64,000 nucleotides of DNA from Bugula neritina (GCA_964035545.1 OZ037765.1:20646995-20710994); one strand, 5' to 3'; counted from the stretch's first letter, positions 12,965-29,075 are shown. Notes: a model not told the origin generated them from the sequence alone. Numbers and translations: made by a program.

Positions 12965-13889
12965 TACGTTAACTTGTTATCTCTTTATTTCACTTTTAAT
13001 GCTCTGTAGAAGTAGATGTCTCATTTTGTCCAGTTTGATTTTAGTGTTCAGTTTTGAAGTGATACATGGTTTCTTGTATGTCAAAAGAACAGGCTTAACA
13101 CAATGTAACATAATTCTAGTCTTTTATTTATTGGCTCAGCACTCCTTTACTGTCTTTGGTAAGCAAATTCAAGTCTTGGAAATTTACAGGTTGTATTTCT
13201 CGCAAATTAATACCAAATTCATGTTGATGAATTTCAGCATGTTTAATTGTAGGTAAGCTTAATTATTGGTTATTTCCAAAATGCATTTATGTAATAAATG
13301 CATTTGAATCTGCATGCTGAATACATAAACATACAGTTGGTAAATTGAGTTACACCGATAGCAGGATTTACTGTTGCTTTGCAATAGTTTACATAAAAAC
13401 CAAGTTGCTTATGTTGAGAAGCCTTATTAATACAGCTGTATATTTTGGCAACCAGTTAATAATGTAGTGCTTTCAATCACCATGAAGACAATGGCTACTC
13501 GCTTGCCGAAGTTAGGAGTAACCCACTCTTAGTTTTACTTGCGACACAAGTACAAAAATCGATTTGCCGTTGCTGGGCTGCGAAAACATAGCCCAAAATA
13601 CTTTTTGCCAAACAACAATAATGTGCGAACCGGTACCCTCTAAATAGCAATTCTTCCAGCTAGGGCTTCAAAACGAAGGTGAAAGGCCAGGTCAGTATGA
13701 GGATCAGTCTGGGTTAGTTTCATATTTTCACGGCGTGATATATTTCTTTAACTCTTTGGTTTTTCATGTATTTTAATATGTTAATATTATATTTATTGTT
13801 CATAATATCATATTCTGATAATTATTTGATGATTAGCATGTGAATATTTACCTTTAGTTAATATATTTGCGCAAGAGCTACTATTATAC

Positions 13890-14185
13890 TCAGCAGTAGT
13901 AGTACTACGTCTACTGTACTCATACTGCCAGTAGCAGTAGTAGTAATAGTAGTAGTAGTAGTAGTAGTAGTAGTACTAATACTTATACAGTAATACTACT
14001 AGACCTAGTGGCTAGTAGCACTAGTGCTAGTAGTAGCACTACCGCTACGTCTACTCACTCTGATTCCACTGTGCTAGTTGGCTAGTAAAATTAGTATAAC
14101 TTATAAGTATTACTATTACTATTAGTCCTACTAATACTATTACAGTATTACTATTACTATTAGTATTAGTAATTAGTACTAGTTA
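13890..14185. repeat. (TAG/CTA)n low-complexity tract
   Basis: Long AGTAGTAGT and TACTAT runs in the presumed first intron of the CCDC142-like gene. Confidence 0.85.
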
Positions 14186-15703
14186 CTCTAATGCCTATGG
14201 CTATAGTTATACTTATAGTATTAACAGGTAACTCTTGGTATGATGACTAAGTACTAATCCAACAGAGTTTTGAATTTTTTTTAATCCAACAGAGTTTTGA
14301 CTTTTTTTTCTTTCATTTTTGTCCATGCCTACTTATATTATAGCCAGTATTTACACTGAATTTTGCAACATGTTATCATGTTTGTGATATGCAATAAATC
14401 AATCAATAATAACTGATCTGCGATGTTAATCAGTATGAGTATCAGTAAATTTATTCCGTAATACTAATCGCACTTTGATTTATGATAATCATAAAGTGAT
14501 AATTATTAATGATTTTTTCATGATGAACTAAAACTCACAATGGTTATTGCACATCATGATATTAATTATACTTATGGTCATGATAGTTTGTAATTGTTTT
14601 AAAAACGTAAAACCCTATCACATGTTTTAAATCTTGAAATGTCAATCTGTCAGTGTTGAGTTCTGACTCTTGCTCCTAAACTCAAGTTTACTTTAAACAT
14701 AAAATAGTTGGGACTATAATAATGATGATTATGAGGAAGATGATGATAAACATTGATGTTGACAGATATAATAATATAGTATACTTACTAATACTCTATG
14801 GTCTATGATATAGAATTAGAGTTAGGCATTCACATAGAACTGAAATAGCCATTTTTATAGTGACAGTGATCGTTGAAATTACTGTTGGACTAACTTTAAA
14901 GCTTAGAGTTAGTAATTTTCCCTGTAACTATAATAGTGAGTGTAAAATGATTGTACTTTGAAAACTAACTTTTACATATTAGTGCTACTACTAACTCTAA
15001 GCCTGAGTCAACTTTGTCACCACTATTCGAATTATTACATTTGCGTTCAACATTACACATAAAGTAATACTACAGTGCGTATCTAGTTTAGTTTCATAAA
15101 AACCAAATTATTCAAGCTTTTGAAGTGATTAGTTTCAATTAGTTATGGCAGCGAGTGAGATATAAATATGTGTCTTTTACTTGGCAGAAGTTTACTCAAA
15201 CTATGTACATTATTAAACCTAGTAAATCATTTTAGATTTCTTGCTCATTCTAATTGATATCTGAAAACAATTTTTGTTAATACTGTAAAGTGATGGATGA
15301 AAAACAAAAGATTGCTTAATAGAGATGAAAACTGACGAGCTGATTCGAAGATATTCTTGAGTTTAAATTGGCTCATGCAATGATGATGAGTTTTTGCAAT
15401 CATAACCAAACAATTACTGAAAAATTAGTTTTATTAAGCATATATAGGGCCAAACCAAATTGGTGTAGTATTTAAAAATCAGTGCAAGTTGTGAAAACTT
15501 ACGTGGGGTTTTGTTCAGCTTACGTTTGGCATGCTAAAAGAGGTTTCACTGTTTCTATTTAAAAACATATGAAACTACTATGCTGCCATTTCCGCTAAGG
15601 AAAATATTATCCTGGAAATACTAGAACTGATACTATTTAAAAAAATATGAGATATTAAAATTAGCAATGCATTTGTAGCTGCAATGATTTGACTTTGGGA
15701 GTT

Positions 15704-18700
15704 ATGATATCTGAAGAAGATTTAGATCATTTGATTGACGAAGAGTTAGAAGACTATGCAGATGCTGTTGATGTGGAAGATGAACATAGCTATACAGGTA
15801 CCATAGTAGTGAACGGCACTGAATACATGATAATTTTGGCTATGTTTTATTTTTTATAGTTGCATTATTAGCGGATATTATATTAAAGATATAATTTTAA
15901 GATTTGGAACTTCAAAAATATAGTGACCATAATTTAAATAATTGAAGTTTGATATAGTTATATACTTATTGCAATATATACTAGCTAAGTCACGTTGCTG
16001 CATCTTCAACTATTTAAGTTTCGTAACGTTTTAATTGCTTTTTCAATAAGTTCCATTAGGTCATTGCCTAGTCTTAGTTTGTTTCAAGTTATAACTTTGG
16101 TCTAAACCAATTTACACATACAACAGTATAATGGCTATATATGAATGCTGGATCAATATTTCACTTTTCGAATGTTAAACTGGTAAAATGTGGTTAACAA
16201 TTTCTTATATGTGTTGTTTGTAACTGCTGCTGTCTCATTCACCTGTGATACGTTACAATATTATGTCAGATGCTGCTGCCAAGCAGACCTCAGAGGTGTC
16301 ACGGAGGGCTGCCATCCCCACTGCTGATGCCGCTGTCAATACTTTAAGGAAACATTTTGTACATTATAACAAATGCTCAGTGAAGCGGACACAACATGGT
16401 AAGTCTTAAGTATTTTTCAGTTTGTTGCAAATAAAATGCTTTGATTATAAAAATTTTTGTCTTCTATTACTTTTTGTAACATTTTTTCTAAAAGCCAACT
16501 GTAGGCCAAACTTCTGTGTTTTCCTTTGACTGTAATTCTCACATTGTGAATTATTTGAGTTAATTAACATTTTGTTGTTGCCAAAAATCTGGTGAAAAAT
16601 TCTTTGTATGTTACAAAAGTATTTTAAATACTATGATGAATATTTTTAAACTATTGTGTGAGCTTTTGACTTTTTTAAGAAAATGTTAGTGGTATAAAAA
16701 ACTTAGTCAAAACCCACACTATGCCTAAAACTATTAAACATTAATCCTAAAATTTGAAGTACTTCCTTCATACAAAGAATTTTCCAACATACTTTTGGTG
16801 AAATGAATTACAGGGTGTGCAGCAAAAAAATGTTGATCAACTCGGAAAATTGATATTATTTGAAAAAAAAACAGTCAGAGGAAAGCATAGATAGTTTTGC
16901 CTAAACCAACTAGATATATTAGAATAAGGTATATTTACATTTTCGGGCTGAGCAGAATAAATAAAAAATAAAAGATTCTGCAGTGTATATTACCAGTAAG
17001 TTAAGATATGATTGCTGGTTTTTAACCACGTCGTAGTTAAAATGATAGTACTTTTGTTTTATAATGAAATTATAATTTTAGTTTATTATTGATTCGAGTC
17101 ACTTTTAACAGTTTAAATGGTTTACATTTGCAGGTTCTGCGTTTTCCCATTGTCTACTAAGTGTGCCGATTGCCGAGCAATACTCAAAGCTGAGAGGATT
17201 GTTGGAAGAACATGCTCGCCTGCAGCTCCAGAAAGATGTCAACAGTAGAGTTCACCAATTTGAAATTTTTATTCGGAATTTGAAAAAGTTGGTACAAGAA
17301 GAGACGGCTTCATGGCTAGCAATCAACCACTCGAAAGGTAATCTGAGATTTTTTGCACAAAATATGAATTTTAATTTGGACAGTAGCTGGACATTAAATA
17401 CTCTGTAAAGGAGCTAAACTATCGTTAACTATCAATCACTGTGTTGTGCTTGCAACATTGCTTACCATATAAAATAAGTGTATGTAAAAGTTTTATTTGA
17501 ATTACTTTGACGTGATGATTATCAGTGTTAATTTGTGTGGCTACTGTACAAGTAAAGCATGTTTATATTGTATATATTTGCAGAATGCACCTGTGTGACA
17601 TAGCATATGTTTTTTATTGGTATAAATATATTTTAAAGTTGCACCTAAAATTATTTAACACATTTGTGGTAGTTGGGTTATAGTATTGGTAACTGTGTAT
17701 ATAGTAGTGGTTAAAATAAAATTTATCGAATTTCTGTTGACTTTTACTAATTCCTCTCATTTTGATCTCCAATTCCGGGTCAACAGTTGCTAGAGTCTCT
17801 AATCGTTATATCTCTAAACTACCTGTGATTCCAGATGGTGAGTTAGAAGAACACCAGACTAACCTGACAGCCCTCAGCTCAATCTGCGATGAGTTTAGAA
17901 TGCATTTGAATCACTGGGTATGCATTAAACAGCGAGCGTACAACAACAGATGGGTTCGGTTGACTTTGCCAGCCATCATGTCTGAACTGAATACGATATG
18001 TAAAAGATTTGTGAGGCTCCAAGAAACTGCTTTCTGGTATGAAGCGTTGACATTTATGATGCAGTATAGTGTAATAATGTACAAGCTGTTACTTGACTTG
18101 GCGTTCTGTTAACGCAGTTTCTTGGCTAAATTCTTGTCTCTTTTGGCGTTAGTAATAGCAGCTTTCAAGCGCACCACTGTTTGATTTTATTAATTTGTAT
18201 TTAACTAAATGAGCCCAATGTATGCAAAACGTTGATAAAACCTGCTCAAATATTTAAAAGTTAATTATGCTTGTTACATGTAGGTTTTTTAGCTGTCAGT
18301 CACGCTAAGGTATGATTTAAGCAATAGTATTATATGTAGATACATGAGACTACTCTCCTCTTTGTGATTGGCTGTTAGCTTCGTTAGCCTAGGTATGGCA
18401 AACCTAATAGCTGTATAGTACGACATGCATTCTTTGATAGTGTAAGAACTTTTGTTTATATCTTATAAAAGCATTTGCTGTTTTTTAAACTAAAAAAAGC
18501 AAATAAAACATATTTGCAGCTTGTGAGGCAGATCTATGTTAGCATAAAAGAATAATGAACTCACATGCATGTTTATTATTAGGTGGACTGAGAAGCTATT
18601 AAAGACAGGTATGCAAGTTTTTGCATATGTTGATCGGAGGTCCTTAACATACAATGATGTCTTCTCCATTGTTCGAGGCATCGAGGAGTACAACACTTTG

Positions 18701-21700
18701 ATGCAGCTTGTTCGATTTAATACTCATGAGATGAAACTCTCTAATCAACAGCTTCAAACAGATGGTAAGAAAGTAACTGCCCGCCTCATAAACCTTGCCA
18801 AAGCGTTTTATAGAATCTATTAATAAACTCAAAATTATTGGATTACTCAAGTGGTTGTACTTTCAATGTATGAAGTGTATATATGTGTTGGTTTGTGTTT
18901 GCAAAGCTTTTAAACCTCAGTTAGTGGACAAGCATGTTGGGTGTTTATTTAAGAACACCCAGTTGCAAGCTCATAGTCGTAACTTCTGATATTATGTTCA
19001 CACGATGTACTTTGCAATTTTCTTTTTCTTGGCTGATGTTACTAGTGAAACTGCAACTGCCTGATGACAGAGTATGCGTGTTATCATCATGATAACCGAG
19101 ATTATGGATGATAAAAATACTCTTGAAGAAGTTTTTTATTTTTTTAAGGCGCATTTTAAAAACTGTGTAAGTTATTCAAGTTATTTGGTGTTTCTAAATT
19201 CATGATTTGGTAACCCATGTGCTGCTCACTGCTCATATCTACTGCTTGCTTTGCAACTTATCCAAAAGTAAAAATTCTTTGGTTGTAAGTCTTAGCCGGT
19301 CCAAAGCCATTATGCATTGTGCATTCTGCTGATTGTAGAACCACGAGTTTCAGCTGTCTAAAATCAAGTTTTTGCAACTGCTTTGTTGGCGGATTTAACC
19401 ATCTTTTCTCAGTTTTGCAAACGCTTAGTATGGCAGTTGATTATTGAGATTTATGTTTGTTGGGCAATAGACATTGAAGCTAGCCACTGCAATTTTATTG
19501 CTATATTTCACTATTATATGAAACTTTGCAATGTGTAGATGAATTTGAATTTTTAATGCCACTTCATACATGGTGCGTGGGCTCTTGGATGAGCTGCAGC
19601 TGTCTTATTTAATAATGAATAGCTTTACTTTGCCTTTAAATGTTCTCAAATGTCATATCAAGTTGAAATATAATTTAAAATGTTTGAAATTAAATCTTTT
19701 GAGATGACAAATCTGAAGTTATTGTTGAATTTTTAGTATGTTTTAGTTACATAATTTACTAGAATCCGATGTCTATTGTTTACAGAACAAGTCTGCAGGT
19801 CCAGTAACTTCTATCTAATACAGCATTCTCAGCGAGGAGCTATAGATTCTAGTGCTGCCAGATCTCTCCAGTTTCTGCGTCTCCTTTACAGCTTGGCTTC
19901 TGAATGGGCAAAGTCTGCAGTGGCCATTACCAGAAACTTTCTCGGTAAACATAAAATAATTTAATTAGCATTAGACATCAATTGACTTGTTTTAAATCTT
20001 GGCAAAATTCAGATAAATGTTGAGCTTTTGACTGAACATCATCAAACCAGAAAAATAGAACCAGCTATCCTGATTGGTCAGTTAAGAGCTGTTATCATCA
20101 TAACATTACAAATAGTTTATTTACAACAATAATGATTTTATAATTACTTTTGTTAATGTTTCCTAATTTGTTGTTAACAATGAGTTTGCCAACTCTGAAC
20201 TGCACAAATTAGAGATGAAACAATACGCTTTTAAAAAGTGCTCCAACTCATAGCAATTTGGAGTTTTCTTCTGTTTACAGACATGCAACAACCTTTAGTA
20301 CATGCGATGCAGACCCAGCGATGTGTAAACTTTGAAGGTCCATCAATCAGTCCACCTGAAACTTCACCCGCAGCAGCTGGAGCTGCGGGTGACAGAAACA
20401 AAACAGGGTCAGCTGTGGCCCCAGCTACCTCCGACTATTTCAGCGAATCTCTCAACAACCAGAGAAGTCAGTGCACTTCTGTAGACATCACTTCTACCGC
20501 TTCTCCTCTCCTGGACTTTGGCAAGAAAGAGAGAGATTACATCAGTAAAGTCATTCAGATTACATGTCAGCGTACTACCCTTCTACGAAAAAACAAATTT
20601 CCAAATACTTCATATCCAACTGCTTCTTCATCTTACAACTCTCCTTTGTCAAAGAAGTCACCTCTGAAAGGTAAGATGACCTGCGAAGAAACTTTAAGCA
20701 TCAGAAAAAAAAAATGTTTATCTCCCATCTCCTATGAAACTCATCAGCCACCTCCTATATATGCATTAACATGTTTACCTACATGATATGAAAGAATTTA
20801 AATCAATGGAGGTTCTTTGTAACAGCAAATGATTGCTATGTTAATGCAAATGTCTCAAGTTGTATTCTGTATAGTGTTAGACGTGGTGTAAGCATATGTA
20901 GAGCTTCTCGACTACGAAACTTTGTTGTAGGTGATGAGTCAGTCATTTCAGAAGAATCATCGGAGAAGCTCAGCAGACAGGATCCTAAGAGAAAGTCAGT
21001 TTCCTGGGGAGACACTCATGACATGTCAGTCTGCCGGCAACTTCTTGCAAAGTAAATGTTATGAGAATTATTTTCCTACACTTACAGTGCCCTCTCTGTA
21101 TCTCACGAAGCTACATAGTAGAATACCAGATTTAACTCACAGATTCGTTAAATTTGGCCATTTTGTCCCTATACACATATACATAAGCCACAAAGAGAAG
21201 CTCAAGCCCTTGTCATTACCTATTAAATATTATGAGAAATGGATCCGTGAACTACTGAGGGTGCACTGTAGTATCTACTTGATAAAAAGAGCCCATATGA
21301 AGACATGCTGTGTCTGTTGACTAAATCTTGCCTGATCAGTATAACTACTAGTAGCTTTTGAAGGCTTCTCAGATGGCTAATTCCAGTCTGATCATCTTAC
21401 TCTATGTGATCAGGTATGCAGATGCTCTATGGAAGGCTTATGGTGCTAAGCTGGAGGATAATCTCAACTACGAGTTACAGTGGGACAAACCAGGTGGACA
21501 TAAATCTAATATCGGATCTCTTGATTTCTGCTCTTCCGGCGCTCTAATGGAGTTTACCAAATCTATTGGTCATGCTGCCTCCAAAGGTATTGAATATGAT
21601 TTTTTGTTTTTGATTGTTGTGACTAAAACATAGTTAAACGAGTTCACACATGCTTTACAGGTATCTTAGCTCTGATATATAATAATAAGTTGCATTAATA

Positions 21701-24569
21701 ATTATTTTACAACTTGCACGTTACAAATTTCTCAGTATTGCCACAAAAATACGACATGCGTTTTCCCCACTACTGTCTTATTTTGGTTTGTCAGCTTTTA
21801 ATACAATATTTATTAAAAGAATGTAGGTACAACGCTAGCGTTGCAGTCAGAATTGATGTTATGGATTAAACTTGTGTGTATTTATTTGGTGATTGGCTTT
21901 TACAGGATATTTTACTTCACCCGGCAGCAAACATTTCAACCAGGTTCTCTTACTGCTAAAGGCTAGGAACTGTTTTGTATCCTGCAGCATTCTGATATCA
22001 GAGTGTTTGGCTGCCATGCAGAAAGGAAAAGCTGACCCTATTCCTCTACATGATGGCCGTAAAAGCACCAAGACAGCCATGTTGCTGAGGAATGCTGTCA
22101 TGATGTTGAAGTCGCAGCTTGCCGGCTATCCTGTTATTTCAGAGCCACTCTCACTTTCCAAAGGTCAGTTGGGGGTCATGATGGGGAATCGAATTTTACA
22201 GAAACTGTTAGACAGGTAAAGTGATGGACACAATGATGTATCACAGATCAATGAATTAGTAATATTTCATTTATGCACATGTATGATGGTTACAGCCTAA
22301 TGCAGTGCATCAAGCAGCAAACTACACAATGTATAACCTAGCTGACAGCATACCTTGAATACTGTTGAAAGAATTTTTAATTTCTGTATGAGCTGCAAAT
22401 TAGCTCATACAAAATGGCTGAATACAAACTTGTATACTTTTTAAACTATGATATTTAATAACTCCTCACAACAACTTTTGCTCTTGTCTTTGTAGAAATT
22501 ACTTGTGTAACTTTTTGCATCAAAACACTTCCTATGTTGTATTTGCCTGCTATCACACTACAGGTTCTCCCTCTCACCAACACTGCACAGACTACAGAGT
22601 GCGTGCTACTGTAGTTGGTAAGCTTCAGACCATCATAGCTCTAACAGAAAAATGGTGTATTGGTAAAGCAAAACAGTTTCTCCGATCTTACAAAGTTGCT
22701 CCTTTCATTGTACTAACTCACGGAGATCTCGTAGTAAGTATTAGTTGCAACAAATACTCTTACTATGGTTTGCAGAGTTGACAATAACTGTCTTTTGAAA
22801 ATTTTTTCTTGGCAAAAGATTTTCTAAAAAGAAGTTTAAAGAAGAATTTAATTTCTTTTTTTTGATTTTGCTTCTTTTTATTTGAATTATTTATCTTTCT
22901 AGGTTTTTCTGATTTTTGGGATAGCATATTTTTAGTAATATACTTCGAAAAGAAAATTTAATAAAAAGTAGATATAATAACATACTTCCAGAAATCTTTT
23001 TTATTAGAACTACAGTAATTTTGTTTGAAAGGTGTTGAGCTGTTCAAGGACACTTTTAGATTAGTGTACTTGTACATTTTGTGTGCCTTTTTTATTTTTC
23101 AAAAGTCTAATATTATACCCATTATCTAGATTCTACATGGTGAACTACAGTCAGCTTTAAGACTAATACAAGGTGACATGTTCACTAAACAAGTGGAGGT
23201 TATGCAGAAGCAGTTGGACAGGCTGTCACTTTTTCATGACGAGATGAGGCAGCAGCTGTCTGTGAAAGCGAGCAACTTGATGGCTGAGATTATTGGTCAG
23301 CAGATGCCACGCCCTAGGTTCTGGAGATCATCCTCTAGTTCTGGTATATATCAGCATATAACTACATGGATTGAGCATTATGTTATCTTTATGTAGTCTG
23401 AAGTACAATGTGCCAATACTGGAGTTTGAACTCCGTGAAGCACTAACATATTTAGCATTAGAGTGAGCCGTTATACACTGCACTACCTGAACAACTGATA
23501 GGGCTCAGTTTACTCTGCTAAATGAGTTGTGTTTTAATAGTCTAAAATCTACTAATGGCATGTCCTCTTCTTTACTATTTGGGTTGGAGGTAATGTGTTT
23601 ATGCTTGAGGTGGTTCAAGTCATAGTTTATACAGGAATTCATATGAGATGTTGTGTTTCAAAGACTCTGTTTTTGGGAGCTTCAGAATATTGGCAACTAA
23701 CTATATTCTATTGCTGTTGTATTTGGACACATTTATTGAATATATTTATTAGGGGGCGATATGGAAGTGCAGAGTTATGCTGAAGCAATTGTCGACAGCG
23801 TATTAATGCCGATATCCGAAGGAGCCAAACATTTGGGTGCAGAAGATCAAGTGGCTGCTATAGAGACTGTTGTCAACACAATCTGCCAAATTTGGATGGA
23901 ATATTTTTTAAAAAAGAAAATTAAATTCAGGTTTGTCATTTTTAATTAAAATTTTCCAACTAAGCATCGAATAACATAAGTAGATGTCGGATGCTATTAT
24001 AAGGCACACAAATATTATTCTTCAGTTTGAAAATCTCATCTTTTAATTCAATATTCAATTTCATTTATTGCCTGAATCAAACCTTTAATACGCATCAATA
24101 AAAAAATTTGAATGAATGTTAGCCTTTCATGTGAACTATCATCACAGATGGATACATGTATTGATAGAATGTTTTCCAATCATGACTATTTCCAAGTACC
24201 TTTTTGATTTATAATAATTATTCAGTGAATGTTTATAATAGTGTTCACGGAGCATCACAGCTGAGCAAGGATTTCGATCATCTTACAAGCTTCATTGACG
24301 TCTACTTGAATGAAGAGGCCGTCAAACGCAAGATTATTGATTGTTCAGGTATACACAGATTCTCAAAGGTTCTGAAGGTACTTGCTCAGCAAACGCCCTC
24401 GAGAAAGAGCTCAATAGCTCACAGCAATAGAATAGTGCCCTTAGCGGGCATGCCTACACATACCACCAGCACTGCTGTATCCAGTGCACAATCTACTACT
24501 AGTCTGGACAATTACTCCCAATGGCAGGCGCTCCAAGCCAGCAAAACAACTTGTTTATGTTTTATTTAA
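15704..24569 (+). CDS. CCDC142: Coiled-coil domain-containing protein 142-like (multi-exon)
   Basis: Exon chain at about 15704, 16270, 17134, 17788, 18583, 19785, 20281, 20931, 21414, 21906, 22564, 23130, 23752 and 24242; phases were checked for the first exons. The C-terminal IWMEYFLKKKIKF(S)VHGASQLSKDFDHL matches the CCDC142 motif W.DHIL...I.FS..GA.QL..DF. The start codon is tentative, and a non-coding first exon is likely near 13490-13690. Confidence 0.82.
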
Positions 24570-25589
24570 GAATTACTTTTATATTTAAGATTTCTATAAA
24601 TATTAAATCTGTAGAGATTTATGTCTGAGCCACTGATTTGATAGTCATGTATAAGTGGCCTTTGCCTAATGATATTGCTGATATTTTTGTGATATTACTG
24701 ATTTTTTTTTTTACAAAATTTCCTGGCTGAGTTTATTTGTAGTAACATTATTTAATAGAAATTAAGTGGGCTTCAGTTCTAACGCTTCTTTCAAATCAAT
24801 TTATTATAGTTTCAAAATACATTATATATTTTAGCTATGAGATGTAAAATGACATATTGAGTAGAATTTTTACCAAAAGATTTGCTGCACTGATATAAAT
24901 ATAGCTTCATTATTAGAATGATAAATTTATACATTAACTTCCATTTAAACATAAATTTAGCCTAGTTTGTATATACAATTGTTAAAAGTTGCACTTACAT
25001 AAATTCTTTACGCACAAGCACAAAACACGAATTTTTACAAATCTATTTTCTATACCTGTTATACTAACCTATTTGTAAATTTCAAATTAATCAATCTCAA
25101 CTATCAATATAATTTTGCTGCTCCATAAATACTTACAAAGTACTGAATAAATATAATACAACAACCCATTTACATCAAAATGAGGCCATAAAAAGGTTCT
25201 TCTGTACAAAAACTGATATAGAACAAAAAAATCTATACAAAAATATGATATGATGAAATGCAGGCATTCGAAGAGGTCTTGAATTCCAACATATTTCATT
25301 AGACTAGAATTCCTATGTATTGTCCATATCTGCAGCTGCAAGCAACCCATTAATCAGTAAATTCACAAGTTACCAAGTGATAGCACCCAGAAAAAACTGA
25401 ATGTAACATCATTGCCTACTCAATAGGACAAATACTTAATAAAAAATACTGTAAGAGATTTGGTAAAAATTTGCATCAGTTACTATGAAAGAGTTCATAT
25501 CTGAAACTAAATTTACCAAAGTAAACAAAACCAGTGCTGAAAGGAATTGATTCGCAATGAACTTTTTTGTCGAAGCATCAGTAAGATGT

Positions 25590-28500
25590 CTACACATACA
25601 TACAGCTGACAGTTATAAAGTAAATGAAATACATACATTCTTCCATAGTTTCCAGTGATCTTTTACCACTTGAGGTCATTCTAAGGAAAATATTGATACA
25701 TACTTGTAAGTAATATTATCACTAAAATTTATACATATGCAAATCAATAAACTGAATAAAGCCCTTCCCCAAGTATGTATGATAATATCTACTCATATGT
25801 GTTCACATTTACACTTGAGAAAATAATCTTTTTAATCACTCATGTTGAATTACTCTACAATAGTACTTTAGCAAAGTGTTGTAAAACTTTGCGAATAATA
25901 GATAATAGAGTACTACTATAATAGAAATAGTACTATAAGTAGTAGTATAGTATAGTAGTACTGTAGTATAGTAGTACTACTATACTACTATAATAGAGTT
26001 GATTGAATGTTACACACCTCATGTCACTGCAGTTCTCCAAGGAGCTGTACATTTGCTTTGTCTCTACGGAGAGTTGGTGCAGTTGGTGAGCCCCCGTGTG
26101 ACCATAGCCGGGTATAAACTTGCTAAACATGTCTGGGTTTAGCTCGGCAAAATCTAGTGATAGCGAAAATAAATATATGTGAAAAACTCACAGTGAATTA
26201 AAACCCTGACAGAGAAATTGATCATGTCATACCAGAAGCAGACACTTGCAAAACTTGAACTACTTCAATTACGATGGCTAAATTTTTGTTGTTGTTAAAA
26301 TAACACAAACAAATATTGAAACATTCAATTTACTTGTTATAAATGTAATATGAATGACTAAGCATTAAAAACTAACTAAATATACAAAGAGTACATTGTT
26401 ATGTTATTGGAAAGTACCTGGGTTGATCAAATATAGTGACTTGATGATATTAGCAAACGTGGATGGCTCAACTGTAAATGGCTTCTTCTCTGCTTCTGAT
26501 AAATATCCTGAAATGAAATGTTGAATAAACTATACACTTCAGTTGTGATTATCAGAATTCTTGCTGGTGAATATCTGAAATCTCTTGCCAACACATTTTT
26601 ATATTGAAATTTACTAAATTTATACTACAAAAGAAATGCAAGTGTATTGGACAAATAAGTAGAGGGCAAAGCTGTTATAGTAAACGCATTTTAGATTAAA
26701 TGTTACCTTTTTAAACAGCGTGCCTTGTAGAATAAAATTTTACAGTACAAAAACAACAATTAGCAAGTTTTGAAAACTTTCTAGAAAGGTTTTGATGGTA
26801 GAAGACATTTAGGATATTTTATTTATACTTTTCCTATTAAAAATACACAATCCAAATAACAAAATGTAATGTTAAATTTGATAATCATGACAACTTATGA
26901 TCACGAAATTCATTGTCACAACCTACACTTATGCCCGAATAACAAAAGATACCAACAATATTGTTGAAAATCATTAAAATAATAGGAAATAACAGAAAGC
27001 AAACAAGTATAGTCACCATATAGAGTAGAATAAATAATAATGATAAAATAATGGTAAATGATAGATTAGACACAAATACTAAAACAATACCAACATACCT
27101 AGAACAATACTCATATGCTTACATAACAGCCTGTCTGTAAAAGTTTTATATAAAACTTTCGCCAAATTATGCTCGAGTACAATACGATCCTGCAATATAG
27201 TATGTAGAAACAAATAGATTCAGCATCAACTTGTAAGCTATATAAACAATATTTAACTCAAACTGTTATATACAGAATGAGAAAATTTCCTTTAAAACGT
27301 CCAGTCTGTATACATGATCAATGCACAATAAAAATAGAATTTGAAAGTAAATGTAAATAATTCCTATGTAAAATTATTTACAACTCAAAGGAGCACCAAA
27401 CTTTTACATATCACTAAATTTATTTTTTAAAGGAGCTGAAACTGAAATAGAACTAGGAATAGATATATTGTTTGATATGTGTAAAGTATATTATTACTAG
27501 AAAAGTACCCACCAAATATGCAAACACTGCTAAAATACTTCGAGCCTTTTGAATAAAAGTCAGTAGAGTCTCGTTAAACCTTTCAATATATTCCTTGACG
27601 TTTTCTTCCTACAATATTAGACATGCAACTTATTTCAAGGTCAAATACATACCCAGACATATGCACTTACACAACACCTCAATAATCATATAAATGTGAG
27701 CCAACAGTAGAATTAACTATATTTTTCAAAAAATAAATCTAAGTCAACACCTTCAGCTTCAGAAATTCAGTTTGAACTATAACCATAATAAAAGTGAGTT
27801 TAGCTACAAAATGTATAGTAAAGTGGCTAACAACTAGTGGTCCGCCTAAAAATCAAACCAATATTTTGTGTATTTCTATGAACAAACAAACCTTTGTGAT
27901 ACTAAACTATTTGCAACTACAGTATATTTTACAAAATAGTTTCAGCTGGTTAAAAAATTAAGAAGCTACACATTCAACTCAATAGTCAGTGATTAGATTC
28001 AGACTGACTAGTACATGACTCTACCAGTTTGATAAGCTGGACACTAACTAGTAGCTAAATACAACTTCTTTCTGCAAAAATCCACTCAACTCAGAATCTC
28101 TGAGTAAAAGAATTTGAATCTAACCTTCAGTAACTGAAGAGGCTCAGCCAGCAAATCTGAGTAAGTTTCTATTTTCTTGTGTATCAAGTCGTTTTGCAAC
28201 ACAGATCCATAACCATCACACACCAGCTTGTAGACGGCGCTAAAACATATATTTGTGTCAAAGTAACTCAACCCAAATAATGAAAAACCTTAATTAGGCT
28301 ATGTGAAGCATTGCTGAAACGGAGGGCACTCATGGATTCTAACCTGTATGTTTCTTCAAAAGAAATCCTAACCGGAGTTTCCAAGGAAGATTGAAGTATT
28401 AAGTCTATAGCTCGACTGATGGGTGGCCAGTGATGATTTAGGTAAACCTCGTCACAATCTTTGTTTTCCCAAAAACCTACAATCATTAATGTTAAGTGCA

Positions 28501-29075
28501 AATAGATTAACATAAATGCAAAATTGATTAATTATCTGGTTGCATAATGTCCATATGTACAAACATATTATCATGAAAGCTGTGTTAGGTTTATAGATAT
28601 ATAAAACTGTAGCAGGGTTGAATTTCTGGGAACACAAGGTGCTCTAACAAAATGGAATGAGAATGTAGACAGTACATTATCAAAACGATTATGAATAGGC
28701 ATATGTTGGCTGTGCTTAAACCACACTTTAAATGCTAAATTCATACTCAAGAATTAAATCCGCTCAAAGCAGTTTGTTTAACAACAAAAGTTAAGCTCAC
28801 AAAATAAATATTTTATCATCAGAATATAACAGAAGATTTGACTAACTCTACTTCTGGCTGATGATACAAACCAAGCATTGTGTAAGTTGAAGCAGGTCTT
28901 ATAAACCAAATAAATATTGAATAATAAGAGTATTTTGTTAATTCTTTTGCATTTCAGAAGAAAATATTGTTTAACAATTTGTATATAAAGTAATTTAAAA
29001 TTTGAGTTAGAAAAATGAAAGAATACCTCTAAAAGGGCCAGTTAAACTAGGAGAGCACATGGACATGGAGATCAT
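25590..29075 (-). CDS. CACUL1: CDK2-associated cullin-domain protein 1-like (multi-exon)
   Basis: HHWPPISRAIDLIL...ISFEETY-AVYKLVC (cf. YWPKLDGAIDQLL...ISYEQIYSCVYKCVC), YIERFNETL...AVFAYL-DRI, and PFTVEPSTFANIIKSLYLINP-DFAELNPDMFSKFIP. The exact start and the last exon boundary are uncertain. The 5' UTR exon is probably at about 30600-30800. Confidence 0.85.

Noticed and set aside
14254-14300. 19-bp direct repeat TAATCCAACAGAGTTTTGA x2
   Set aside because: Simple local tandem duplication in an intron, with no further structure.
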